Shown: in pieces, positions 15,198 to 30,959 of the stretch
Layout: each line of letters begins with the position of its first letter
Position numbering within the stretch: the stretch's first letter is position 1
Source of the DNA: Eledone cirrhosa
Taxonomy: Eukaryota
DNA length: 64,000 bases
Reading direction: 5' to 3'
Assembly (NCBI GenBank): GCA_964016885.1
Contig: OZ024742.1
Coordinates: 248,682,001 to 248,746,000, forward strand
The notes under the pieces: generated by a model
Told to the model about the DNA's origin: nothing
Databases searched by the model: none
The model's input: the letters and a program-made list of their open reading frames with translations, nothing else
Translations under genes and position numbers: made by a program

Positions 15198-15452
15198 CAG
15201 TATATATATAAATATATATTTCCATCACTTGCCTCAATAGAGTCTTTTACATCTCATATCTTCGAATTGCTAACTCTACAGTGAATTCTACAACATATCT
15301 AATTATTCCATTATTATTATTTTGGTTTACAGACATTTGTGATTTTTTAATGTATTTATGTAGTTATAATTGTTTTTTTTATATTTTTATGAATTTAATA
15401 TTACTGGCGTATGTATTTGAATGTTTCTTTCGCATACATATGTATGAGTATA

Positions 15453-15491
<39 letters not shown>

Positions 15492-15686
15492 TGTTATACT
15501 TTGGGAGGGTCATGTTGCCAATAAGAAACACACGCACCAGTTGCTGTCACTTCAATTTATTATATATTTATAAATTTATAAATTTACAAATCTACAAACT
15601 TATAAATTTCTGGTTGGTTGGTTGGTTCCACAACCAGATAGTTGTTTATATTTCAGATAAAGAATCTTGCTAAACAAATTCAGAAA

Positions 15687-15768
<82 letters not shown>

Positions 15769-15808
15769 TTCAAAATATTAACAAAATAGATATTCTTGTG
15801 ATCAATTA

Positions 15809-15875
15809 TATTTTATTATACATATTTCAGAGGTACTGAGTTAAGTTCAACAGTACGTCCTCATCAGATAAAATA
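15809..15875 (-). ncRNA. Minimal type I hammerhead ribozyme 3' of a decayed PLE
   Basis: TATTTTAT CTGATGA GGACGTACTG ttgaacttaact CAGTACCTCT GAAA TATGTA TA ATAAAATA, with a perfect 8-bp stem I. Confidence 0.75.
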
Positions 15876-16199
15876 AGATGATGCATGACATACCCTGACA
15901 CAGTAGATGGTTAAGATGCAGTCATGGTAGTGATTAATTTATGACAAAACTCAATATTTATACCCTAATATTGAGAACATGTGATAACATAATATAAACA
16001 ATAGAGAGGGTGCGTGTAATAGAGCTTAAGAAATACATGGCATCAATATAACAGTTATACATTATATTTTTTAAACTACTGGAGAAAGAGGAGGGAAAGG
16101 AAAGCATAGAGGAAGAAACAGCTGATGTGATAATATATTTAGTAGGTGGCTTGAAAAAACAAATGAAAGATGATTAAAGAGAGAGACAAAGGGGAGTAA

Positions 16200-17475
16200 T
16201 TTATGTTCAAGTTTATATACAGATTTCCATATATGCAACACATGTCCAAATTAATATAGTTGGCGGTTAATTTTCAAAATATTTAATTTAAGTTAGTTCA
16301 GAGTAATGAATAATATTTACGTTTTAAAAGTTAATAGGTATTTGTATTAATATTATAATTATGTTTAATTTCTAAAATTCAAATTTTATGTAAACAAATT
16401 TAAAGGATTTACGAAACACGAGAAAGAAAATATATATATAATGCTTTTATATCTTCACGAAGGTAATATTTACCAAAAATATTTATAATATTGAAAACAG
16501 TTTATATGATATAATTTATAAAATAATTATAGTTATAATTATTAAAGAATTTATTGTTAAATAGTTTGAGTGCCTAAAGTATTAACCGGCCTTATAACTA
16601 AACTTAAAGAGGTCCGAATTTTTAATTATATATATGTGTTGATCAAAAAATACAAAGATTATAATTTATTATTTGTTTATAATTGAGGTGATACCTTTCA
16701 AATATATATAATATAATACAATAATGCAATAATACAATATAGTAAATAAGTTACTGAAAATATTGTTCAAAAATATATAGAGTTAAAAAATGTTGTTAAA
16801 TATATTGCTAAAGAATTAATGTTTTATAACAATTATTTTTATTAGTTTATATATACTATAAAGATATTACTCAAAACTATATGAGTCCTAATGATAGGGG
16901 CTAGATATAAAATAAATATACAAATAAAAGAAAATGAATTGTTTGCGAAACTTAAAGATGCCCAATATTAAAAAATATATTATAAATGCAATAGGGTTTT
17001 AATATAGTATACAAAAGATACATCTAAAGTATTTTAGCAAATGTGATTAAAATAAAATAAAATAAAATAAGTTAAATTAAATTATATTATATTAAGTAAT
17101 CCATTATATAAGTTCGACCTTCCAGGGAATATCAAACACTTATAACAATATATAATCATTTGAGTGTCTAAATTATTTATAAATGTAACTACGATTATGT
17201 TATTACACTAGATAAAGATATTTGTACAACTATATAGAGATATTATTATAGGTATTAATGAAACGGTATACATTTAATAAAAAATAATAATTATAATCAT
17301 TATTAGTAATGCTATAATTGTAGTTTTACCACCAGTGGAGAGATAGACCAATATTTGTCGGCTATTATGGTTTGTTATATTTATACCTAGATATATATAA
17401 AAAAATAAATGCAAATCTAACTTTCTGAGTCCCCTGACTGTTGAGTGCTTCCAATCTATTGTAAAACTCATTCTT
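16200..17475 (-). mobile_element. Highly decayed, AT-rich Penelope-like element (RT C-terminus to GIY-YIG region)
   Basis: Minus-strand remnants MSFTIDW..YLGINIT, FKFSYK and YHINC.. occur in PLE order, followed downstream by an HHR at 15809-15875. Confidence 0.4.
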
Positions 17476-17505
17476 TGATGTATTCATTGAACCTTGTTTA
17501 ACTTT

Positions 17506-17560
<55 letters not shown>

Positions 17561-18260
17561 TATATATAAACTGTATATATATATATATATACAGTTTATA
17601 TATATATATGTACGTCAATACTCATCTTTTTCCATTTCTCCGAGGGTTCTTAACCCCACTATCAAGCTAAATAATTTCTTTTGCGCAACCGGTAACAATT
17701 TGAAACTAAAACTGAATACTAACTAATAATTATTACTAATTTATATTTATTCCTAATTAAACTATTTTTCACTGTCAAAAATTTGTCAGCATTTTCTTTT
17801 ACTTTTTACTAATATATCACAACTCGTGTTGTACACCTCTATTTTTTTAAATATATATATATATGCATGCATTTACAAATGCATATATATATATACCAGC
17901 ATACATTTTTTATGTATATATATATATATAGGGTATAATATATACACCGAGACGTGTATATAAAATAAGAATCTATATCTATACTACTAAAGAGAACCCG
18001 GAACTTAATGAAACCAATTTCTATATTTTCTCTCTTCTCTTTCCTTCAGTTCCTTATTTAGTACTTTTTCTTTGATTAATAAATTATTTTTATATTTTTT
18101 ATGTATAACATTTTATTATAATTTAATTTATCAGTATTGGTTGTTTTTTTATATATTTTTTATATGTACATTTATTCAATTTTTATTTTTTTTTATTTTT
18201 CTTATTATTTGATATTATTATTTTTTAAAATGTTTCTTACATTTAAATATATATATATAC

Positions 18261-18343
<83 letters not shown>

Positions 18344-18801
18344 AATTATATTTCTATTATATTTTATTTCATTAATTATATTTATATTCCATTTTAATAT
18401 ATATGTTTTAATTTTTTATCATGCATTTATTTTATTATATTTATATTCAATTTTTTTAAATTTTGTGTTATAATTTCGTTTTACTCCATTTTTATTTACA
18501 ATATTTTTTTATATCCTTATATTATTGCTTTATATTAATTTTATTTAAATTTTATTATATTTAGTTGCTTATATTTTTATTTATTTAATTATTGGTTTGT
18601 GATATTAATTTAACGATAAATGTAAATAACGTCCAATGTTTGTTTCTGATAAAACTTCTAGAGTAATAATATCTGCAAACTGATGCATCCATTTAAATGT
18701 TTCTTTCATCATAATGTACTTCCGTTATCCATGTACACATTCACATATACATACATCCATTATTACACACCCACACCAACACACACACACACACAAGCAT
18801 G

Positions 18802-18873
<72 letters not shown>

Positions 18874-20519
18874 TAATGTTGACTGTGCAAACAGGAAAAA
18901 CAAACTCAATATATCGAGAGAATCATGTCTAATTCATTTCATTAAGCTCTTAAGCAATACCAGTGATTCGAGTGCCAGGTGCTTTGTGTATAATTCACCT
19001 TTTTAATTCCATATATATATATACACACCCACACATAATAGCAAATGGAATGCACACATACCTTTTTCTCGAAAGAAAATTGTCCATTCTTTCCTCATCT
19101 CGAATTCTCAAATTATATCTTTTGTTTAATCTTTTATTTCCCATTCTATCTTCGAATGAATGACAAGTATATCGAAAATAAACACGCTTTGCTCACTATA
19201 TCGAGCGTTAAACTAATGTATTTCTTCATTGTACCATTTTGTTTGTTTTATTTTTGTTGCTTCCGTTTACTTTTTGCATATATATATATCAAACCCATGG
19301 CCTACATGTACCTATTCCACCAGAACTCAGCTATGTCAAACGGTGCTACTTTCAATATCTTCATAGCGTCCACGTAAGGATGATGAGAAATGTGTCCCGC
19401 ATGTGCGATCGTGTAGGGTTAAAGTGACAATATACAACACTTTATCCACCGCAGGCGTTTCTCCGATTATAACCAAAGAGACATGGTCAGGGTGTATAAA
19501 GGAGCCATGGCTAAATTCAAACCATTTTGGAGAATCTGAATGGGATATGCCCACTATACAGGTGTAAATCATGTAATAGCATAGAAAGGAATAAGTAAAA
19601 GGTAGGGAGGCAACTCATTGTATGACAGTTAAAACTACCACATTGTCATATGCGTCGATGCAACCTTTTAAAAGAGCTTTAGAGAAAATAGGAGCAAAGT
19701 AGTAGAAAAACTAGCAGCTACCATAATATCCCGGATTAGTGGGACGTGTCCCTTTAAGAAAGCCCCGGTACTGATAGACACTGTATTGTCTGTAAGGTAA
19801 GCCCCCAAATAAACTGTAAATCGTGAAATGTAGTCGATAGGATAGGATGTACAGAGGAAAGTTGCAGAAAGAAGAAAACAGCACACATAGGAGAGACAGC
19901 ATGTAGTAGAGGAGAGATATTACTGGCGTAAACTTAAGGAGGAATAAAGCTCAACAATTCTCTACCACCATGTCAAACTAAAGCACAATGGCTCACTAGA
20001 TAACATAAAAATAAAGATCCTACCCACAAATTACGGAAGCCAGTCACATAATAGAAGATAGTTTTAGCATGAAGGGAAAACAGGAGTTGAAGAGTAACAG
20101 CCCGCAACTTATTGACTGAAGACAGAATACCGACACAAGCAAAAAAGAAGACACAAACAACAAAACAGCAACGGATAGAAACCCACACACACACACATAA
20201 TACACACGTACATATGACAAACACAAACACACATACACACACATACACAGAGAGACGCAGGAGCAAATCTATTTACAGACACGATTCGCAAAAAATGCAC
20301 CACAATAAAAGAAAAGACGGAGATGTTTGGAACAGGAAAAAGAAGAGGCAGAAAACAAATAAACATTGAGGAGGTCTCACAATGTGTGACGAAAGGACTT
20401 TCATAAACAGATGAATAACGAACAATAAATATGAAGTGAAAATTAGATGGTGTGTGTATTTCTTTCTATTGGAAATACTGGCAACCTGACTAACACCAAA
20501 TATAACAATATAACAATAT

Positions 20520-20702
<183 letters not shown>

Positions 20703-21136
20703 AATATGTTTTATTTCTGAATTTGTTTAGCAAGATTCTGTATCTGAAAGCGTGTGATGAAACCGATATTGTTATACTTTGGGAGGGTCACGTTGCAAAT
20801 AAGAAACACACGCACCAGTAACTTTCACTCCAATTTATTATAAATTAAATTATAAATTTAAAAAAAAATTTCTGTTTGGTTGGTTGGTTCCACAACCGGA
20901 TGGTTGTTCATATATTGTCAAATTTCTTTCGTCGCACATTCAGTGACCTAATCAGTGACCGGGGATTCTTTTCTTTGTTTTGTGCCTCTCCTTTGTTCTG
21001 TCCACGCAGAATGTGTGACGAAAGAACTTTGACAATATATGAACAACCATCCGGTTGTGGAACCAACCAACCAACCGGAAATTTATAAAAAAAATGTTCA
21101 TTTATAATTTAATTTATAATAAATTGGAGTGAAATC

Positions 21137-22943
21137 ACCCTACAAACGTACCTAACCCGAGTCAATTTCCTGGACGTTACCCTTAACCTCGATAATTATC
21201 TGTACTACCCATACAGGAAACCAAAGAAGCTGCACTAAATCCACCGCCACTCTAACCATCCTAGAAACATCACCAATACCTGGTTGAAAACATCTCCCTC
21301 CGCAAATCTCTTTTGTCCGCTAATGAGCAGATGTTCGACGAACACGCGCCTCATTACAACCAGGCCCTCAAGCGGAGTGGCTTCCGGGAGGAAATATCCT
21401 TTTATCCAGCTTCCCTTAGCGGATCCAGCAGGCGACACCGCCGCTCACGCAACGTAACGTGGTTCAATCCCTCCCCATAATGCCGAGGTGGCAACAGCTA
21501 TCGAGAAAATCTTCTTTAGACTCCTCGAAAAACACTTTCCACTACAACACCGCTACCACAACATAATCAACAAAAACACCATCAAACTCTCCTACAGCAC
21601 CACACCTAACTCCGCACAAAACATCGTCTCCTTAAACAACAAAAAACTCAACCCCTATGGAAGAAATAACCTAGACATCAGTGGAGAGCCGACCAGGAGG
21701 TGTAACTGCCCTGATAGATCTACGTGCCCCCTCTACAACAAATGCCGAGAACGTAACGTGATCTACCAGTGCAACGTGAGGACGGACACCTCCAACAAAG
21801 CTTATATAGGATTAACCGCGTGTGACTTCAAGACCCGGCTCTACCAACACCGACATACTTTCCGAAACCCGGTCCGGTGACATACCACTACACTTTAGGG
21901 CCACATCTGGGACCTCCAAGATAATAATATAACCTACAATCTCACTTGGAGCTTACTGCCACAAACTAACTCTTACACGGGAGGACGCCGTCCGTGTAAC
22001 TTATGCTCGGAGGAAACATTACAAATGCTGTTTTCGAAGGACCAACTCCTAAACAAGAAAGAGGAACTGGTAACCGCATGCAAACACAGATTGCGTAGGT
22101 CTTACCTCGACCTCAAACCCCATAACGACCCGGGTGGGTAGACAAGGGCTGATACCCCCTACTTGCCGAATAAGTTATGGGAAACCCAGTTTACTTAGGT
22201 AGATGTATCTCTTTTCCTTTCTTTTCCTCTATGTCTTCTTCTTCCCCCTGTCTCATCCTATCACTTCTTTCCACCCACTATTTTCTTCCTCGTCTGCTTT
22301 TCCCCTTAGCTTACCCCGATGCATCCCATCGGGCCTATGTAGCATCAGTTCCCCCACCCCTGTAATCTTAAGATAGAATTGGCCGAATACGTTATACTAA
22401 CTACTTATAGCAGACGAGTTAAACCCCTTTAATTCTGTATCAGTTCTGGTACTACTCAATTTCTACAAGTTCTTTCTATTCTCAACTTATTAATCTGTAA
22501 CTGTAAGATAGCATTGTGATTTTTTTTATTAATTTCTCACTATCTAATTTTATATATTTTTTTTTTTTATTATTTCTTTCTATTATATTTTATTGTCTCC
22601 TACTCTCATTCGATTTACCTATTCTATAACCTCCCTCCTCCACTTCATACTCTATCTTCAGAGTCTGCTGTATACATATCACTTTCAACGCTTGACCGCT
22701 CCTGTCACTCCCCTATTGTTCTACAGGCAAGTTCAGCCACCCCTACCTTCCACCAAATGCCATGATAGAATTATTTGTGTTTACAACAAATTTTAACCAA
22801 TACTCTTGACAACTACAATCTTCCCATATGAGGAAGTACCCCCTTGAAAAGTTCGGCAATTTATTCACCAGGCTAAAAATTCTAATTTAGTCCAGAAATA
22901 GCCGTCAAAACGGCTTGAGCTCTGCCGTTGGTGTCATACTTTT

Positions 22944-22947
<4 letters not shown>
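21137..22947 (+). mobile_element. 5'-truncated Penelope-like element (RT thumb, GIY-YIG endonuclease, 3' UTR)
   Basis: VNFLDVTLNL..YPYRKP..IHRHSNHP, WFNP, KHFP..NTIKLSYS, CNC..CPL..NVIYQC..KAYIGLT..FKTRLYQH, CNLCSEE..LLNKKEELVTACKH. Several stops and frameshifts; coding ends at about 22140. Confidence 0.9.
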
Positions 22948-22985
<38 letters not shown>

Positions 22986-23329
22986 GGATAAATTGAGTTA
23001 GGAACTCAAAATAGTCTCTTACAACAAAATAGCTCTAAGAAAGAAATATTTCGGAGCCGTATATTATAATAGAATATAAAAGAATCAGGTCCCTTTACGA
23101 TTTGAACACATATATCTATATATCTGTGTTCGCTTTTCTTTTATATTCTATTATAATATATATATATATATATAGGAGTAATAAGTATCGAGAGAGAGAA
23201 GAAGAAGAAATAGGCGATACATGTAGTTATTTGCCAATGGCATATGCAAAGGGTGCTCAATGCGTGTGCCTGTAGTGTTAAATATTAAAAGTGTTAATAT
23301 CTAGTGGGCGAGAAAGTCACAGAGTGGAT

Positions 23330-23838
23330 ACACGTGGAGAAATATGTATAAAGGAGAACAAACCGTAAAAACATGTTTATTTAAAATAGCATCCACGTAC
23401 GTTTCCCCCGAAAGGGCTTCTCAAAGGAATAACACTAAAAAGCGTTCCTTACATGTTTTTAGAAATAAGTTCACGTCACAGTTCATTCTTCGTAACAAAA
23501 CATGTATTGATTTTGCAGTAGGTCAAGGGAGATAACTCTAACCGGTTAACCGGTGTTAGAGCAGCAATTCTCCATGTGACTTTTTATCCGTCATTACTTT
23601 GTAGTTGCAAATGTTTGTTTGCTGCGCTTGCCCGCCTGGGTCCATTTGTGCCGGGTCAGTGACGTATGGTTAGTTTCCGGATTGTTTTTGCAGCACCTGC
23701 CCGCCGGGGGTGTTAAAATTTGGTGCTGGGCGACCCATTTTACGGCTTTTACACCCCATTCGGGCGAAACATACGTAAGTGTTATTTTAAATAAAAATGT
23801 TTTAACGGTTTGCTCTCCTTTATATATATTTCTCCACG

Positions 23839-23842
<4 letters not shown>
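23330..23842. repeat. Element with diverged ~85-bp inverted ends carrying degenerate HHR halves
   Basis: ACGTGGAGAAATATGTATAAAGGAGAACAAACCGT...ACGGTTTGCTCTCCTTTATATATATTTCTCCACGT. The arms contain GGGCGAAACATACGTA and GGGGGAAACGTACGTG (palindromic stem III type). Confidence 0.65.
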
Positions 23843-23877
<35 letters not shown>

Positions 23878-23910
23878 ATATTTATATATATATATACGAG
23901 ATATAATACA

Positions 23911-23941
<31 letters not shown>

Positions 23942-24155
23942 GATGATGATATATATATATAACAACGGAAGTGAGGCAAGGAACCAGGTGGACAAGAACG
24001 CACCAGAGTACTCGATACTTTGGGTAGTAGAGTGGGTAATAGGAAACATTTCAGGACCCTCACGGCAGAGCTCAAGCGGTTTCGACGGTTATTTCTGGAC
24101 CCAGAAATAGCCGTTGAAACGGCTTGATCTCTGCCGTCGGGTTCCCGAACTCGTT

Positions 24156-24212
<57 letters not shown>

Positions 24213-24714
24213 TAGAGTGAATGGGGAAAAAACGTATTTCTTCTTTGTTATGTTGCACTGGATACAAGTCATTAGAAACCAGTTCTTGAATAAGGAAGAA
24301 AGTTACATTCAAAGAAGGAAAATAAAAAACATCTTTGAAGAATAAAAACAAAGTGAAAGAGAAATAACTGCCGAGAAAACTATTGCTGTTCTGTTGTCAC
24401 TACTATTGTAGTTGCTATTGTTGTTGTTGCTATTATTGTTGATGTTGTCTCAAGATGGCTGACGGCCATTCCTTTTTGGTTAAGATACTTCCATCTTCAC
24501 TGATCAACTTTGTCACTACCAATATTATCTAGTGTTCCATTCTGCATTTTGATTGATTATGACAATCCTTGCAGTCGCTTTTTAAATTTATTTTATTTGT
24601 TTTTTGAAGTTCTCACCCCTCCTGACAATTCTTCAATATTTCCTGCTACCAAGCAGGTGTTGGCATTATTTGTCGTCTAGTTTCCTACAGTTAGTATATA
24701 TTTCTATAGTATAA

Positions 24715-24822
<108 letters not shown>

Positions 24823-25733
24823 CCAAACGGAACCTGAACTCTTAAGGTCTGATTCCTGGGTATGTCACTATTTATAAAACAAATTTTTTATTTTATCTTA
24901 TGAGGAGAGCGTACCAAATTTTTGGTACCCTTGAAATATATATAATAGAATAAATATGGTTTTATAAATATAGTTTCCATATATTAATATCATTGATACT
25001 ATACTCCTGAAAACTTGTCGAGTGCTTCGAATCTTTTATAAATATATTCGCGGAATTACCAACAAATTAAACATCTCTTTGCTTATATATATATATATAT
25101 ATTAGTTTTGCGAGGTTTTTGATATGAAATCGTGTGTCGAAAGAAATATTGGTATACTTGGGGAGGGTCATATTTGTGTAATAATATTGCCAGAATTAAT
25201 AACAGAACACACTCACTGTTTGGTTGGTTTTCGCTTCTGTGTCCTTTATATCGCTTAATTTAATTTATTCGGTCCTCAAAGTTACCACATCGTCAGTGGT
25301 GCTATTATGTTTCCTCCCATTGCATTGTATGCCTACGCCATCTTTATTTAGTCTGTTTATTTATTTATTTGTTGTTTTTTTCTCTTCTCTGCGCATGCGT
25401 TTGCGTGTGTGTATAGTGTTTTGTTTGATGTGTGTTCGTATTTGGGTGACGATGTTGCAGATGTGGAACGAAAGAACTTTGTTAGACTATATATATGTGT
25501 TTGTGTCTATATTCTATCTGTATTTTTGACCGTTAGTAAGTCAATGGTAACATTGAGGACCGAATAAATTACATTAACCGATATAAAGGACACAGAAGCG
25601 TAAACCAACCAATTTTGTTTAGTAAATGTTGTACCACATCACTCTGATACGTATCACTACGCGTATGACAAAAATTATTTTAATACACGCATTTCCCTAC
25701 ATGTATTCAAAATATATGATACTCATAATGCAG

Positions 25734-25766
<33 letters not shown>

Positions 25767-26233
25767 CTACACACACACATATTCAATCTACACAGAAAAT
25801 ATCTCCGCATTGCAACCACCATAATATAATTAACACACTTGATTTAAGTGCTTGTATTTTTTATACAACACTCAGCATTCGTAAATGCTTGATACTTTTG
25901 CTTGTTCAATTTCTTTATATATGACTAACGCACGTACTGTTTCTTTAATTTTATTTATTTACTAGACACTTTTGTATTATCTGTTACATGTGCTCCACCA
26001 AAAGCTTTTAATTGTAATTTTGAATCTTATTGTACAATTATAGTATAACATAATATATGTCGCATTCATCCCACACTGTTGTCCACACTATGTAACTGTA
26101 TGACTCTTCAGCAGAATAAAAGGTTGATTATATGTACAAACAATATTAATAATGCTCCGAAGACTCCAAGCCTACGCTTGGAAGAAACAATTGTCAGCAA
26201 TTAAATGTTCTAACGTAGCTTTGATTCTTGTGT

Positions 26234-26271
<38 letters not shown>

Positions 26272-26836
26272 CAATGAAGTAAACCAAGATTATAAAATTA
26301 AATCCATTTTTCAATATCTTCGATCATTTCTATACGAGTGATGATCGTACATGCATATGTAAACACCAAGTCTCTCAGAAACAATTAATTAACAATTATT
26401 TACACAAAATACAATACATAAACACCTGCATATCATCAGGAATTATCAACAGGGGTAGAATTAACCTAGATACTTATAACACAAGCTGTACCGAATGTTG
26501 AATATAGGCGATCACTTGAAGAAAAAAATTACTTGCTACTTAAATTGAGCTCAATTGTTAGTTTTATAGTTAAAATACTTATCAATATAAACCATCTAAT
26601 CCACCAAATCATGCACCGGCCCACACACACACCTCAAATCATATATATATATATATATGATTTGAGGTGTGTGTGTATATGGGTGTGTGTTGAAAGGTAA
26701 CACACTAGAGAGAGATACAGTGCGCCATCAATAAAACAGGGAAAACCAATTTGTATTCTAAAGTGCGCAGGATATCCATTCCTTTGAACACATTATTTAC
26801 AGGGAACGCCGAGAGCCTATGGTTCCGTTAAAGTAT

Positions 26837-26929
<93 letters not shown>

Positions 26930-27672
26930 GCCCAGAATCATTCGGTTTCCTAAAGAGAATATTAGTTTAATGACTCCATTTATACCATAAACGTGGTTTT
27001 GCCTTTGCGTGTATTTGTTCTCATCCCACCACATAACAACGTATTATCTTCGCATTTTTCCGTTCATTGCCAGAGAACGTCTTCACGAACCAAAGTATCG
27101 TCTTCCTGTTTTCCTTCGGTTGCAACGTTTTTCGAAATATTTACTTCTGCGTTAACAGATTGATTTTTTTAGTTTCAGCAGATCCCGTTAAGGGTGAAAG
27201 CAGCGATTCTTTGCTTAAATAATAACAATAAACACATATAAACACACACTAATAAACTAAGATAGAATACAATAACCAAAACATATACACGCAAACGCGA
27301 ACACACACGCCAAACACTATACACACACGCAAACGCATGCGCAGAAGCGAAGACAAAAATAAATAATAAATAAATAGATAAAATAAAAAAGGCGAACACA
27401 TTTCAATACATACAATACAGCAGGGGAAACATGATAATAGTACCACTGATGATGCTGCAGATGTGAAACGAAAGAACTTTGTTAGACTATATATATACAT
27501 ATATATCTGTATTGTTAACCGTTGGTCAGTCAGTGATAAACATTGATGGCCAAATGAATTAACTATGGAGATATAAAAGATGCAGAAGCGAAAACCAACC
27601 AAACAGTGAGTGTGTTCTGTTATTATTTCTGGCAATAATATTACAACAATATGACCCTCCACAAGTATAACA

Positions 27673-27703
<31 letters not shown>

Positions 27704-30700
27704 GCCATTGAAAAGAAATATGGAGAATCGATCTAACAGCACTAGGGTTAGAGCCCCTAATTACACTGTCAAGGAGCAGCCTGGTCGTTATGACTCTGCT
27801 GGCTTAGAGCCACAGAGAGGGCCAGTGGATGATGGATCAGCTGTCTCTGAGACAAATATAAAGAATGCAGTTTTGTCCTGCAGAAGAGCCATCAAAATGG
27901 GCACTTTGAATGTGAGGACTATTCGAACGCTGGAGAAGAGAGAGGAGTTGGTACATCTGTTCGAGGAGAGTGGTATACAGATACTTGCGATCCAAGAACA
28001 CAGGATTCTACACGATGAGCCTGTGAGGAGTGTGATGATCGGGAGGAAGAGCTAGCTCATCACTACATCGGCAGTGAAGAACACAACAAATGCTGCAGTA
28101 GGAGGAGTGGATTTTGTGTTCAGTGGAAAAACCAATCTGTTGGTGAGGGAAATAATGCCTATCTCCCCGCGAGTGTTGAGGGTGACCTTCAATGGAAACC
28201 CAAGACTGACAGTCATCTCAGCCTATAGTCCAACCGAGGGGGACAGTGATGTGAATTTTGAGGAGTTCCATGAGGAGGTGTGTAGAGCTGTCAACACCAC
28301 TCAGGCACACAATATCCTGCTTGTTTTGGGGGACTTCAATGCACATCTGAGTAAGGAGGGCAGTGAAGATCCTTGCTGGTACTTCCATAACAACACCAAC
28401 CGAAATGGAAGACTACTGAGAGACACCCTGCTGGAGGCGAACTTGATGGCGACCAACCTAAGGTTTAGGAAGAATCTGGGGAAGATGTGGACCTACATCT
28501 CAGATATGCACCTGTCCAAGTCCCAGATTGATTTCATTCTGGTGAGGAAAAAGTGGCGGAATAGTGTTCTGAACACGGAACCATACAGCTATTTCAGTAC
28601 ACTGGGTAGTGACCACCGGCTTGTTATGAGTGAGGTCCGCGTGAGCTTAAGAAAGAGCAAAGCTCAGCCCCGGAGAACAATCTATGACTGGGGAGCTTTC
28701 AAGGAAGATGATAAGCTACAGGAGAGGTTCACAGTGGAAGTGAGAAACAGGTTTAGTGCTCTGTGTGGAGAGTCAGAGGAGAGAGAGATTGGATGGACTG
28801 AGGAGAGTGTGACGAGGAGGTACGGGCACTTCACCAATGCAGTGGCGAAAGCAAGTGAAACCCTGGTGCCGAGGAAAAAGAACAAAGGGAAGCACGTCAG
28901 CTCTGCAAACCCAAAAGTGTGTGCAGCCAGAGAACACCTGAAAGCTGCCAGGGACCAATTCTATGCTGATCCTACGGAGGAGAGGATGGAGACTGTGGAG
29001 GTGATGAGGGAAGGGCTCTGTACCGGTTACACTGCGGTCAGAGAGGAGGCACTGATAGAGAAGATCAGAAGTGTGGAGAGAGCGGTTGACAGATCTGGAT
29101 GTAAGGAGAGCTGGATGATCATCAACGAGATCACAGGGAGGAAGAAAAGGTGTTCGAGTCAGATCCAGGGAACGGGGCCCGAGGATAGGAAGAGGAAATG
29201 GCTAGACCATTTTAGGACCCTACTAGGAGAGCCACCCTCCACAGCCCAGAGCTCTGGGGAGATCAGGCGGCTGTTTGAGGAACTGGATGTTGAGACAGAG
29301 CCCTTCATCAGAGAGGAGCTTCAGAGAGCCAAGAGGAAGATCAAGGAGGGCAAGGCTCATGGAGAAGATGGAGTGGCATCAGAGGTGATGAAGAGGTGTG
29401 ATTTTGATGATATCATCCTGGGGTTCTGTAACGGGGCACTGGAGAAAGGAGTTGCCCCGAATCAGTGGAGGATCAGTAACATCGTCCCAGTGCCAAAGAA
29501 GGGAGATCTCTCTAACACCAACAACTACCGGGGGATCTCACTGACGTCACTTGTGGCAAAGACCCTCAACGGGATGATTCTTAACAGGATCCAGCCTGAG
29601 ATGGAGAAGAAGCTCAGGGACAACCAGAACGGCTTCAGAGAGGGTAGATCAACCACCTGTCACATCCTGATGCTGAGGAGGATATTAGAGGGAGCTAGAG
29701 AAAAGTGCCTACCTGCGGTCATGGTTTTCATTGACTTTAGGAAGGCCTTTGATTCTGTGGACCGTTACTGCCTGATGAAGATCTTACAGGCTTATGGAAT
29801 CCCCAAGAGGATAGTGGACCTGATATCACTGCTCTACACCAACACCAAAGCCCAAGTCATTACACCTGATGGGATGACAGAGTTCTTTGAGATACTGGCT
29901 GGAGTGCTCCAGGGAGATACATTGGCTCCCTACCTTTTTATCATCGCAGTGGACTATTGTATGCGCCTTGCACTGGAGAAACACCAGGACTCTGGCTTTA
30001 CTGTAGCACCGGCTCAGAGCAGGAGAGTTGGGGCGAAAAAGGTATCAGATGCTGAATTTGCCGACGACATAGTTTTGGTGACAAATACAGTGAAGGAGGC
30101 AGAGGATTTGATGCGGGAGGTTGAGACTGTGTCGATGAGTGTGAGGCTGAGAATGAATGAGACTAAAACAAAATATCTGGTAGAGAATGTTGAGAAGCCA
30201 GAGAGGATCACTAATGTAGGCGGGAAGCCGTGGAATTGGTTGAGGACTTCCTGTATTTGGGAGCAAAGATTGGGAATACGGAAGATGATGTGGTTGAGAG
30301 GAAGAGCAAGGCCTGGGCGGCGTGTCACAGCTTGAGATCGGTGTGGAAGTCGGACCTTCTTAGAGACCTGAAAATCCGCCTCTTCATTGCTGTAGTGGAG
30401 TCTGTGCTGCTGTATGGGTCTGAGACTTGGACACTGACCAAGAGACTCACTCAGATGGTGGATGGGTGCTACACGAGAATGCTGAGGATGGCTCTGAACA
30501 TTAATCAGTATACACTGAGGATGAAAAACTCAGAGCTGTATGGGAGCATCCCAAAAGTCAGCTCAAAAATGACACAGAGGAGACTGAGGTTGGCTGGACA
30601 TGCTCACCGACATCCAGAGTTGACATTGCACTCAGTGCTCCTTTGGGAGCCCCTACATGGACACACTAGAAGAGGAAGACCAAGGTTAACATATGTTGAT

Positions 30701-30818
30701 GCCCTAAGGACAGACACTGGTCTGTTGGAGATGCAGGATATGGCAGCGATAATGAGGGACAGAGACCACTGGAGAGAACTCGTCCATGGATCTCGGGAAT
30801 TTTACCCGCCTTAGATAG
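27704..30818 (+). mobile_element. Near full-length RTE-group (RTE/RTEX) LINE inserted in (TA)n
   Basis: Purine-rich block, much more GC-rich than its surroundings, bounded by (TA)n on both sides. The stop codon runs directly into TAGATAGATATATA. Confidence 0.95.
27720..30814 (+). pseudogene. APE endonuclease / reverse transcriptase ORF (about 1030 aa) with two lesions
   Basis: APE motifs GTLNVRT, IQEHR, SAYSPT, GDFNAH, IDFIL, SDH. RT motifs PKKGD, YRGISL, QNGFR, DFRKAFDSV, GVLQGD, FADD, YLG. C-terminal YGSETW, RRLRLAGH, RGRP. In-frame TAG at 28053-28055 and a 1-nt frameshift near 30230. Confidence 0.95.
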
Positions 30819-30924
<106 letters not shown>

Positions 30925-30959
30925 ACATGTGCATGTCCATATATGTAGATGCACCACAT

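Noticed and set aside
16200-17510. Possible mitochondrial insertion (NUMT), given the extreme AT content
   Set aside because: No recognisable mt rRNA, tRNA or OXPHOS motifs. The residual motifs and the adjacent HHR fit a decayed PLE better.
27170-27220. HHR-like CAG(C/A)AGA-CCC/GGG-GAAAGC repeat (also about 3301 and 62061)
   Set aside because: U4 of the core is A in all three copies, and there is no UH site or stem I. Treated as a plain dispersed repeat.
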